From Amoeboradix gromovi X-113 (taxonomy: Eukaryota; Fungi; Sanchytriomycota): a stretch of DNA of 9,344 bases. This document shows positions 1 through 8,488 of this stretch, in pieces (the first letter of the stretch is position 1; each line of letters opens with the position of its first letter). The position numbers were made by a program, and so were the translations under genes. The stretch spans positions 1 to 9,344 of the forward strand of contig JADGIF010000399.1 in assembly GCA_018985225.1 (NCBI GenBank). The letters run 5' to 3'. The notes beneath the pieces were generated by a model. The model was not told the origin of the DNA, searched no databases, and was given only the letters and a program-made list of their open reading frames with translations.

Positions 1-18
1 TGAAATAAAGATTGGATG

Positions 19-170
19 AAAGAGTAAGAGAATAGCTGTACAGAATATTTGTTTTCCCTTTATACTCGTCAACTCCGCAACTAGCTGAATGTCCACTCGC
101 CTCTTAAATAATGTTCCAAGTTGTTACAGAAAGTTAGTCCAGTTTTTATATTTGATGTCCCACATGTAAA
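19..170 (+). repeat. Left copy of repeat family A (inverted relative to the copy at the right end of the window)
   Basis: By manual alignment, 19-170 (AAAGAGTAAGAGAATAGCTGTACAG...GTCCCACATGTAAA) matches the reverse complement of 9169-9344 with 8 mismatches over 152 aligned nt plus one 24-nt indel. Confidence 0.97.
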
Positions 171-567
171 CACATGACTAAATTTTCTTAAATAGTTTGA
201 ATCGTTATTTCAAGTGCGTATTAACCGATAGTAAATTAAATTAGATTAATCTGACTGGTTCAAGTAAATTGTTTTAGTAAAAAAGCTTTCATCCATCAAA
301 ATCTTAGAAACAATGATTAATAAGAAGAAGAGAAAACAAAAAATAAGTTGTACGAAAGGTGGTAAGAAGAAAAAGAAAAAGGAACAGATAAAGAGTACCG
401 TTTAAGATAATGCACCTTTTCTTAGACACTCAAAGACCTTATTTGAAAGAGGGTCATCTTGTTTTATTTTAAAGAGGGGAATGTCATTAATGAAAGAAAA
501 TTTGTTTAAAAGAAGGACTTTTAATAATAATATTTCCTCCTTATGGAGCATATCCTTCAAAGACTAC

Positions 568-625
568 TTAGTCTAGTTTTTATATTTGGTGTCCCACATG
601 ACATGAATACATAATTTCAAGTGTG
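568..625 (+). repeat. Third, truncated and internally deleted copy of repeat family A
   Basis: 568-600 TTAGTCTAGTTTTTATATTTGGTGTCCCACATG matches ~134-166 TTAGTCCAGTTTTTATATTTGATGTCCCACATG with 2 mismatches. The ACATGA and ATTTCAAGTGYGT blocks that follow also follow the first copy (~172-219). Confidence 0.85.
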
Positions 626-1146
626 TTGAAATATGAGGCCATATAAGGGTAACAATTATAAATAGAGCAACAAAATTTATTAAATACGTAGGAATCTACC
701 GAATTATGAATTTAATTCATCGTCGGCATCATAACATGGTGAGGTTGATTGTTTGGCCATATGTGTGCAAACCCGTTAAGCAGTCTAATAGCGTTTTTAT
801 TGTTATCATTCGGCTTTTAAATGAAAGCAAACCAAGTGTACTCATCCACAGATCTTACAAGACTAATCAGACTTAAGTAGTCCTCCGGCTCTCAAGATTC
901 AAAAATAGATATAATGACAGCGAATCTAATTACCAAGTCTTTGGTTTTCTCCAACCAGATAGTGGGGTATCGAACGGCATAGTTGGCAGCGAAGGGATGA
1001 TTATAAAAGTATCACATAATTCATATCTGATAGAGTATCAGGTATCGCTGTTAAGTAAGTTGATCTAGTATTTACAGTGGGTGTCCAAGGAGATAGTACG
1101 CCTTTGCTATAAGCGTCACCTATCACGTCAAATACGTTTTTCCCAG

Positions 1147-1178
1147 CACCAATCACAAGATACATTTTGGCTATAAAT
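1147..1178 (+). promoter_or_regulatory. Core promoter of the gelsolin-like gene: CCAAT box and TATA box
   Basis: CACCAATCA at 1147-1155 and TATAAA at 1172-1177, with the ATG at 1204. A CRE-like TCACGTCA lies at 1123-1130. Confidence 0.6.
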
Positions 1179-1203
1179 TCCAGACATTCCCATTTTGTTC
1201 GTA

Positions 1204-2316
1204 ATGAGAGAGCAGCAAACCAACGTACAGTTCACCGCTACTACACAAGTCAGTGGTGATTTACAAAAGAAACTGAAACAAAGCGCACCTGAAGGCGAGC
1301 CTGCATGGAAAGTTGTCGACCAAAATGCTATCGGTATGTACATTTGGAGAATTGAGAAATTTCAGCCAAAGGTTGTCGCTAAGGAGCAGTACGGTAAGTT
1401 CTATGATGGTGATTCTTACTTGGTCTTGAACGCATACAAATCCCCTGGTTCAAACACCTTGAAATATGATTTGCACTTTTGGTTGGGCACTGAGACTACT
1501 CAAGATGAGGCTGGTACCGCAGCATACAAAACCGTAGAGCTAGATGACTACCTTGGTGGTGCCCCAGTTCAATATCGTGAAGTACAAGGCAGCGAATCTT
1601 CTTTATTTTTGTCATATTTTCCTGTGTTTTTAGTTCAACATGGTGGTGTTGACTCTGGGTTTACTAAAGTCAAGCCTGCAGATTACAAGCCTCGCTTATT
1701 GCACGTTAAAGGATCCAGAAAGAAGTTGGTTGTTCGTCAAGTCGAGTTACACACTGATTCCATGAACAGCGGCGATGTGTTTATTTTGGATACCGGGTTA
1801 GAGATCTTCCAGTGGAATGGTGAAAAAGCAGCAGCTTGGGAGAAGAACAAGGCCAACGAATTGGTAAGATCGATCCAACAAGAACGTCTTGGTAAACCAA
1901 AAACATTTGTATTTGATGAATCTGATAAGAACATTACTGAATTTTATGCCAAATTGGGAAGTAATGGACCTATTAAATCTGCTGAGGAAGGAGGAGACGA
2001 CAACACAGTTGCAAATTTGACAAAGAACATATACCGATTAAGTGATGCATCAGGACAAATGACATTTACAAAGGAGACCTTAGCTACTGGTAAGCTAGCT
2101 CGTGCTCAATTGGATCAAAATGATGTTTTTGTTATCGATAATGGTACAGATGTATTTGTGTGGATTGGAAAGGCAACTACTGCTGCAGAACGTGCACAAG
2201 GATTACAGTATGCTGAAAAATATTTAGTTGAATTTGGTAAGCCATTGAGCACTCCAATCAGCAAAACAAATCAGGGAAATGAATCTGATTTTTTTTGGAA
2301 GTCATTTGATGCTTAA
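1204..2316 (+). CDS. Three-domain gelsolin-family actin-severing/capping protein (severin/fragmin-like), ~370 aa, no evident intron
   Basis: Gelsolin motifs IWRIEKF, GKFYDGDSYLVL, LHFWLG.ETTQDEAGTAAYKTVELDDYLGG, REVQGSES.LFLSYF, MNSGDVFILD.G..IFQWNG and DVFVIDNG..VFVWIG. The ORF track starts at a TTG (1195); the first ATG is at 1204. Confidence 0.95.
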   Translation: MREQQTNVQFTATTQVSGDLQKKLKQSAPEGEPAWKVVDQNAIGMYIWRIEKFQPKVVAKEQYGKFYDGDSYLVLNAYKSPGSNTLKYDLHFWLGTETTQDEAGTAAYKTVELDDYLGGAPVQYREVQGSESSLFLSYFPVFLVQHGGVDSGFTKVKPADYKPRLLHVKGSRKKLVVRQVELHTDSMNSGDVFILDTGLEIFQWNGEKAAAWEKNKANELVRSIQQERLGKPKTFVFDESDKNITEFYAKLGSNGPIKSAEEGGDDNTVANLTKNIYRLSDASGQMTFTKETLATGKLARAQLDQNDVFVIDNGTDVFVWIGKATTAAERAQGLQYAEKYLVEFGKPLSTPISKTNQGNESDFFWKSFDA

Positions 2317-2690
2317 TAAATGAAGTGATTTTAACCTTTTTTGCATTGCTTTATCAAAAATCTAGCATTCTAGTAGATCAAAAAGTACCACATTGAAGAA
2401 GAGCAATTCTAATCACTTCGTTGCTCACGCTTACATTACTCCAAGCGGGATTGAACGAGTACACATAAATCCTATTTGTATCTCTTAGTGATCTTAGATT
2501 AGCGTATTATGGATGAGTAATTTCGAGACATTTGCTGTAAACAAAAAAAAGGAATATCATGTTTTTATTCAATTGCAAAAGTCCAAAAGGAACTATAGGA
2601 GCAATAAATTCATGTAATTACGATTAACCTTTTGTTTTATTAAAATGAAGTCCTGTTTCTTCACTCGCCAATTCTGTAACATTCATCCGG

Positions 2691-3962
2691 ATGCTTGGAT
2701 TGGTAACTCGCAGATTTCACATTAATAGAACTCTGTTCAAAGTGGTACCCTTTAGATTGGCAGACATTGGTGAAGGGATAAAAGAATGTGAGGTGCTGCA
2801 ATGGTATATTAAGCAGGGCGATTCCATTAACGAATTTGACAAGTTGTGTGAGGTACAATCTGACAAAGCAGCGGTTGAAATAACATCTAGATACACTGGT
2901 AAGGTTATGAAATTATACAAACAACCAGGTGAAATAGTTCAAGTAGGTAGTGTTTTAGTTGACATTGACACAAATGAATCAGCAAGTGAGAAATCGGAAC
3001 AAGAGCCTAAAGTTAAAGATGCAGGGGTCAAGAACCTTGAAGTTGCAGACAATCTTTCATTGTTTGCGAAGTCCGATGAGTCTTCAAAACAGTACGTGGA
3101 TTACAATCAGTATGACAAGGTAATCACAACACCTGCAGTACGTAGAATAGCTAGAGAACAGAAAATAGACTTATGCCTGGTAACTCCTACTGGAAAGAAT
3201 GGTAGAATATTGAAATCAGACATAGAGGAGTATCTGAAATCACCAAATGCCAACTCATCTACTTCACCGATTGACAGTGTAGAAGGCAGCGAGCTCATTA
3301 TTCAATCTGCTATACAGAAGTCAATGTTCAAATCGATGACCACAAGCAATTCTATCCCAAGGTTTGGTTATTCAGATTTGTTACCCATGAGCAATTTAGA
3401 ATCACTTCGCCATTCCGTAAACAATAATGTTAAACAGAAACTGTCTTACATGCCTTTTCTAATAAAAGCATTTGGAACTGCTTGTCTCGACTATCCTACC
3501 ATAAATGCTTCTTTTAGAAATAATGAGTTTTACTCTAATTCATCTGTTAATATTGGTATAGCAATGGATACTCCTAATGGATTGATGGTGCCAAACATCA
3601 AAGACATTCAGCTGAAGTCAATTGTTGAAATCCATCTGGAAATGCAGGAACTGCAGCTGAAAGCCAAAAGTAATAAGTTGAATCCCAGCGATTTTAAAAA
3701 CACTACATTCACATTGTCTAATATAGGTACAATTGGCGGATTGTTTGTGTTTCCCGTTGTACCTTTTGGTACCACCACAATTGTAGGCCTTGGCAAATCT
3801 CACTTTATTCAAAATCCTGATTCGTCAAAACCAGAAATTATCAAGGCAATGCCATTGAGTTTAGCTGCTGACCATAGAATTGTCGACGGTGCTACTAGTG
3901 CCAAGTTCATTCAGTCTGCAAAATCGTTGTTGATGGGTGGCTTGGTAGCTCATCTGAAATAG
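2691..3962 (+). CDS. DBT: Mitochondrial branched-chain alpha-keto acid dehydrogenase E2 (dihydrolipoamide branched-chain transacylase)
   Basis: Arg-containing presequence-like N-terminus, lipoyl domain (F.LADIGEGI.E, LCEVQSDKAAVEITSRY), E3-binding domain (TPAVRRIA...TGKNGRILKSDI) and catalytic domain (FTLSNIGTIGG, ADHRIVDG). Confidence 0.95.
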   Translation: MLGLVTRRFHINRTLFKVVPFRLADIGEGIKECEVLQWYIKQGDSINEFDKLCEVQSDKAAVEITSRYTGKVMKLYKQPGEIVQVGSVLVDIDTNESASEKSEQEPKVKDAGVKNLEVADNLSLFAKSDESSKQYVDYNQYDKVITTPAVRRIAREQKIDLCLVTPTGKNGRILKSDIEEYLKSPNANSSTSPIDSVEGSELIIQSAIQKSMFKSMTTSNSIPRFGYSDLLPMSNLESLRHSVNNNVKQKLSYMPFLIKAFGTACLDYPTINASFRNNEFYSNSSVNIGIAMDTPNGLMVPNIKDIQLKSIVEIHLEMQELQLKAKSNKLNPSDFKNTTFTLSNIGTIGGLFVFPVVPFGTTTIVGLGKSHFIQNPDSSKPEIIKAMPLSLAADHRIVDGATSAKFIQSAKSLLMGGLVAHLK

Positions 3963-4420
3963 TGTTGATATCAATAAAGTCGATATATTTTACATCTTAA
4001 TCTTTTCACGCCCAATTGCGCATCATCACTTGCTCATAACATCAAGATTAGACATGTGTACGTTATTTTTCATTCTAACACAAACTACAACATACATGTC
4101 AAGCTGCAAAAGTCTGTTGGTACTAAACCATTTCTCACGTAGACGTTATGCTAGAACCTATCGCAACACAATAAAAATCGAGCTAAAAAAAGGTTATTGC
4201 TTTAAGAATTCAGTAACCTTCGAACAATTTATTTTTAACTACCGCATTTACACAATTTCAAACGAAACCACAGATATATAACCATAAGATAAGCAATTGG
4301 CATTAATAACAGCGCGATAGAAAGTGCTTGGTCGTTTATGCGTTCGTAGACTGGAATACCAGTACTGCAGTCAGGATTTAAGCATTGCATATAAATTTCT
4401 ATTAATTTATTTAAAGCTTA

Positions 4421-5951
4421 TCATCCTATTACAAATCTTAAAAACGATATCAACAACTCGTTACCGTTTCCATATACTCCCAGTTCTTGCTCAGTTATCG
4501 CATACAGCTCAGGGTTATGATTTATAGCCCATTTTCGATAGTATAAATAACTCGCCATGGGCTGTCCAAACACACAGAATACAAGCCAGAAGAATATGTT
4601 TCCGGTGGTGTTAACTCCTGTGTAGTTGGGTCTCCAAAAAGTCCTGTACCAGTTATCGTATTTCGTGCTCAAAACTATTAGAGGCACCTGTCCCAGTATG
4701 CCCCAAAACGCCCATAGGTTATATATGCCTGTTGGGACTGCTATAATCCACTCATGAAATATTGCAGATATAAGAAAGACATACATGCCTGCTCTAAATT
4801 TGTTCAAATGTGGTTTATCCACATTATTAATGTATTGAGCATCCCGCGACTGTAGCATAGGTACAAATACATGTCGTTTTAACCATTGATGAACTGGCTG
4901 ATTCCATAGCCTCCAATATGTGCCTAAATTAGCAATTAAGGCTACCTAGCTCGCTACTATTCCACCATTCCCTGTAGAACAACCTATCGCCAAACATTGT
5001 AACCTCTGCCCAAAAGTACAGATATGCGTGAAAGAATCCATAAAACATGGCTAGCCAGATCAAGCTAACTGAGAGCGATAATTTCAGAATTCGCTCAGAA
5101 AGCTGCGGAAGAGTCAATTCTCCAAGTTTAATTAGACTTATAGATGTCTCTAAGGTTGGCTCAGCGTACTGCTGGGATAGAACAACCATGCTAGCGGCAG
5201 CGATCAGAAATTCAAAAAGATATCTCAATGCTTTGAAAATAGACCTGCTAGGTGCCTTTGGATATTCATATTGGAAGCATAACGTAGGTACAAGTAAGAA
5301 CATTAAGTAACACTTTAAATCAACCGGTTTGCGTGTATTTGTGGTTACCAGTGCAAAACTGAACAGTTTTAGAACCAAAATTGAAGAAAGTAACAACAAA
5401 CCAATGCCTGACGCTGGTCTAGTGCAATACTTACCGACATAAAGGGTTTGTTCGACTAATATGAATAGCGCATTAAGAGTGTGCCACCTCATGCTATTTG
5501 TAATCATTTTCAAGTTTTGTCTACTTAGTTCTATCCAGTATCCAATAGCGTAATGTAATGAAAGCATGGAAAGAGAGTATAATATAAATGTAAGTTCATC
5601 AGATGTAAGCATCGGAGCATGAACGAGGTTGCCATATTTCTGCCAGTTTTCAACGACCAACCTGCTCATCATAACTATGAAGAGCAGGATAAGTAAGTTA
5701 ACAAATCCTGTGTACTCAGAGGTTGAATATTTGTCTAATGGTGCAAGCCTAACATCCGTATGAACCAATCCTGTGTGAGCTGCAAAAAATGGTTTTTGTG
5801 ATTTTGTATTTGATTCAGCTGATGTTTTTACATCCACACTATTCTTAGGAACAATGGTGTTCTCACTACTAAGATCGCTGTTAGTTGGTATTCTTTTCCT
5901 TATTATTTTCCTTTTAACTACTTTATGATTTTGATTCGTTGGCTGTGTCAT
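4421..5951 (-). CDS. DGAT1: Diacylglycerol O-acyltransferase 1 (MBOAT family), two exons join(5951..4946, 4923..4421), 502 aa
   Basis: Motifs YTGFVNL, PTLCFQYEYP, ERILKLS, AEVTMFGDRLFYREWWN, the spliced junction SSELG|TYWRLWNQPVHQWLKRHVFVP, catalytic SAIFHE and DGAT1-type GNIFFWLVFCVFGQP. The first in-frame ATG is at 5951 (the ORF track start at 6005 is TTG). Confidence 0.9.
4924..4945 (-). other. 22-nt spliceosomal micro-intron in DGAT1
   Basis: Minus-strand sequence GTAGCCTTAATTGCTAATTTAG has a GT donor, a CTAAT branch-point motif and a TAG acceptor. Removing it eliminates the in-frame stop and frameshift and restores the conserved WWN....G.YW..WN.PVH motif with normal spacing. Confidence 0.9.
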
Positions 5952-6018
5952 CCCCACTTTACTTATGACGAGTCTAGCTAACTTGAAGACTAAAAATGAA
6001 CACAAACATAATTGCCTA

Positions 6019-6234
6019 TTACTTTAATTTACTAAATATCTTAGGAATAGAACACTCATCTACACAATGTAGCAAATGAAAGAATTCTTCAACACATGTT
6101 TCCTCTGCTCCATTTTCGACTCTCTCTGAGCATTTCTCATAATGCTCTTCTTGATGATGACATTTTGTTTCCTTGCACTTTTCAACTATTGCATCTCTTG
6201 GGTCTATAATTTCTTCCTCTTCGCAATGCAGCAT
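6019..6234 (-). CDS. QCR6: Cytochrome b-c1 complex subunit 6 (hinge protein)
   Basis: Acidic N-terminus followed by DP..AI.EKC...C......YEKC.ERV......TCVEEFFHLLHCVDEC..PKIFSKLK, the UCR_hinge signature. Confidence 0.95.
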   Translation of the reverse strand: MLHCEEEEIIDPRDAIVEKCKETKCHHQEEHYEKCSERVENGAEETCVEEFFHLLHCVDECSIPKIFSKLK

Positions 6235-6692
6235 AAAAGGAGATGTAACAAAAAAGTTAATGCCATTAGCCCATAGATTATTGGCCTTTACATCAGGCAG
6301 AGCTCAAAAAGTAGAACCAATAAATAGGACACCAAGCGGTAACATCAACAAATTAGCTTCCGTACATAATTAGTCAAACAAACCACACGCAATTAATGTT
6401 GTAACAATGCAAGCAACTGACAAAAATGCTCTTCAAAAGCAGAGTGGAGAGTACAATGGATGATAGAGATACAAGATGTTGACTTATAAGGGGATCAAAC
6501 TCGTCAGAGCAGTGCCCGAATCGACATTAAATAAATCTTACCAGATCATGAAATAAAAGTTAAATCATCCCTAACATTAGTAAATTTAACAGAAATTGAC
6601 TTCAATAGTTAAGCAGCTCTAGGGTTATTACCCGCAAAACTAGATGAGTCTTGGGTTAACAATATAAATTATAGCTCAAAAGATTTATTATT

Positions 6693-6965
6693 TTACTCTG
6701 CTTTACCAAACCACTTTCTTGAATGTCTTTGAGTCAACGTATCATTCACATTTAGATACTTAATATACTCATTTTCTTTAACTTTTTCCCATGGATATTT
6801 GTTACTATTTGACCAAACTACATGCGGATCTTGTGATAGCTTATATACGTGGTAACTAGCCATAGTTACTCCCAGTACAGTAAACCCAATAACTGGAATT
6901 GTCTCTAATTTTACGTAATCCTTATAAGATGAACTTGAGTATCGTTTGAATGACGAGCGAAACAT
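6693..6965 (-). CDS. NDUFA4: NDUFA4/MLRQ (B12D-like) mitochondrial inner-membrane protein
   Basis: E.IP followed by a single transmembrane helix, then L...P.VVW....YPW..V..N...K. The start is uncertain: ATG 6965 gives a presequence-like MFRSSFKRYSS, ATG 6986 is an alternative, and the ORF track start at 7001 is TTG. Confidence 0.85.
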   Translation of the reverse strand: MFRSSFKRYSSSSYKDYVKLETIPVIGFTVLGVTMASYHVYKLSQDPHVVWSNSNKYPWEKVKENEYIKYLNVNDTLTQRHSRKWFGKAE

Positions 6966-7060
6966 TCCCAAGAGGAGGCTTTCCATAAATTTTGAAAACA
7001 AAACATATCACGTTGCTGAGCATCTATCTAAACCTTATCTAGTGCTACGTGCACAAACTC

Positions 7061-7164
7061 ATTGAAAGACGCGATTTCCGAGAAAATCGAGAATTTCTAC
7101 AGAGAAACTAATTTTTCCATAACAATGATTTGTCACGCTCTCACTACCCTGAGGCAGGATTGGA
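7061..7164 (+). repeat. Copy 1 of degenerate direct repeat family B
   Basis: ATTGAAAGACGCGATTTCCGAGAAAATCGAGAATTTCTACAGAGAAACTAATT aligns to 9003 onward with 6 mismatches and a 2-nt gap. Weaker similarity continues through TCACTAC..TGA.GC...ATTG.A. Confidence 0.85.
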
Positions 7165-7641
7165 TAGGATGGATAAATTTTGAGCGTAGGTCTCTTGCAA
7201 AGCACACGGTCTCTATCCGCTTCTAATTAACATTTTGTACATGTATTTGTCTCTTGATCGGGGTTTTCAGTGTGCCACAACTTCTGCACCATCAAATAGT
7301 AGTTGCTACCCTAATTCAGTAATCATATCCCATGCTTAGCACTTGAACTACATTTTTAGACTAGACTTTAAACATACTATTTTATTCTTTTAGAAAGAGA
7401 GTACATTGGAGCAATACAGTTCATATTATCACGATTGACGATTATTGAACTGAAATCGATTACTGCAGCATCCTTCTTGTTTAGTAAATAATATGAAATA
7501 TATTTATTATTTGTAACCTCAATAGACAATTTATTGCAAACATATCTTCTGTTTTATTTAATCTGGCAGTTCCAAGCGTCTAGGAATGTGGGCTGTATTT
7601 CATATTGATTCTTTAGATTTGACATCTTCTGGATTGCGAGG

Positions 7642-7662
7642 CCTTTGCCCTTTGCCCTTTGC
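7642..7662 (+). repeat. Perfect tandem heptamer (CCTTTGC)x3
   Basis: Read directly from the sequence. Confidence 0.9.
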
Positions 7663-8084
7663 AACTGATGAAAAATAATTATCGAGTTATTGTGCGGTTA
7701 GATAGTCTAGAGGAAGAGTATACTGCAGAGACATCGCTCGTGTAACCACGATAAATGGCTAATTCACCTAAAACCGATAGCTGCGAGAAAGCGGCTATAG
7801 TCGGTGCTCTAACAAGAGGTTTTAGATTTTTTTATGGAATGTTGATATGAAAACAGCAAAACTAAAAGTAAATGTTTAAAATACCCAAAAACCAGCAAGT
7901 AGATAACAATTGGTGTTTTGGTCACCTTGTGCTTAAATTATTAAGGGGTATGGTTTCCTATCTCGGGGCTCGATAACCAAATTCAACAGAACGACGATCC
8001 CTTACTAACTTCGATCACACATGTGGGTTGATTGGTGTAGCTGTTTTAATTCAATAATAAGCAATCTACAGTTCGGGAACTAAC

Positions 8085-8360
8085 ATGGACCGACTTGTTC
8101 ATGCGCTAGCAGCTTGGGATAAACTGGAACTTAAAATAGTTACTAATTATCCTGTACACCCTTTTATACTTGCTAATATGAAAAAAATATCGATATTTGT
8201 GAGGTTCAATGAGCAGGAACTTCAGTATATCATTCAAAATGGTCCTAATTTAATGAACCATTACATTCCTACAGAATGTCAGATCTTTGAGCATTTCACT
8301 AACCATGTAGAGGCTATTAGACCAAAGCAATTTTGGAACACATACTATCGATCGGACTAA
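8085..8360 (+). CDS. Hypothetical 91-aa protein (orphan, or the last exon or a fragment of a longer gene)
   Basis: ATG-initiated ORF with TGATTGGTG (reverse CCAAT box) at 8029-8037 and AATAAA overlapping the stop (8359-8364), as in the gelsolin gene. No domain recognised. Confidence 0.5.
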   Translation: MDRLVHALAAWDKLELKIVTNYPVHPFILANMKKISIFVRFNEQELQYIIQNGPNLMNHYIPTECQIFEHFTNHVEAIRPKQFWNTYYRSD

Positions 8361-8488
8361 TAAACATCTTATTGGTCAACAAATAATTTGCAGATTTCCT
8401 TTTCTTGAGTTCCTTGCAGCTATTGATTGGTGGCGAACTGTTATCAGGTCTAAATGGCCATTAATCAAGATGAGCAGTAACTAAAGCT

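Noticed and set aside
313-405. 30-codon Lys-rich ORF MINKKKRKQKISCTKGGKKKKKKEQIKSTV
   Set aside because: Explained by an A/G-rich low-complexity tract inside repeat-derived DNA; no promoter 9-mer or adjacent AATAAA.
955-1045. tRNA T-loop-like GTTCGA (minus strand), a box C/D-like GATGA...CTGA, and the hairpin TATCTGATA-GAG-TATCAGGTA
   Set aside because: The T-stem does not pair, the C-to-D distance is too short, and no convincing rRNA guide is present.
2436-2520. tRNA-like GTTCAATCCCGC on the minus strand
   Set aside because: No paired T-stem, D-arm or anticodon arm.
1128-3812. Minus-strand ORFs 1128-1343, 1737-1934, 2661-2858, 2717-2920, 3107-3298, 3608-3796 and 3618-3812
   Set aside because: Antisense shadows of the gelsolin and DBT coding sequences.
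4285-4372. Scattered resemblance to 5S rRNA (AAGATAAGCA, AGTGCTTGG, CTGGAATACCAGTACTGCAG)
   Set aside because: Spacing between the blocks is wrong and the 5S helices cannot be formed.
4030-4527. Plus-strand ORFs 4030-4281 and 4324-4527
   Set aside because: Non-ATG starts in the track, no recognisable domain, and the second is antisense to the DGAT1 3' end.
4421-6005. DGAT1 as two genes or a frameshifted pseudogene
   Set aside because: A canonical GT...CTAAT...TAG 22-nt intron restores the frame and motif spacing exactly.
5047-6373. Plus-strand ORFs 5047-5310 and 6173-6373
   Set aside because: Antisense to DGAT1 and QCR6, with no independent support.
7555-7697. Short minus-strand frame ending ...MSNLKNQYEIQPTFLDAWNCQIK* with AATAAA overlapping the stop
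   Set aside because: Only ~23 codons from its ATG, and no splice combination I tried joined it to an upstream start.
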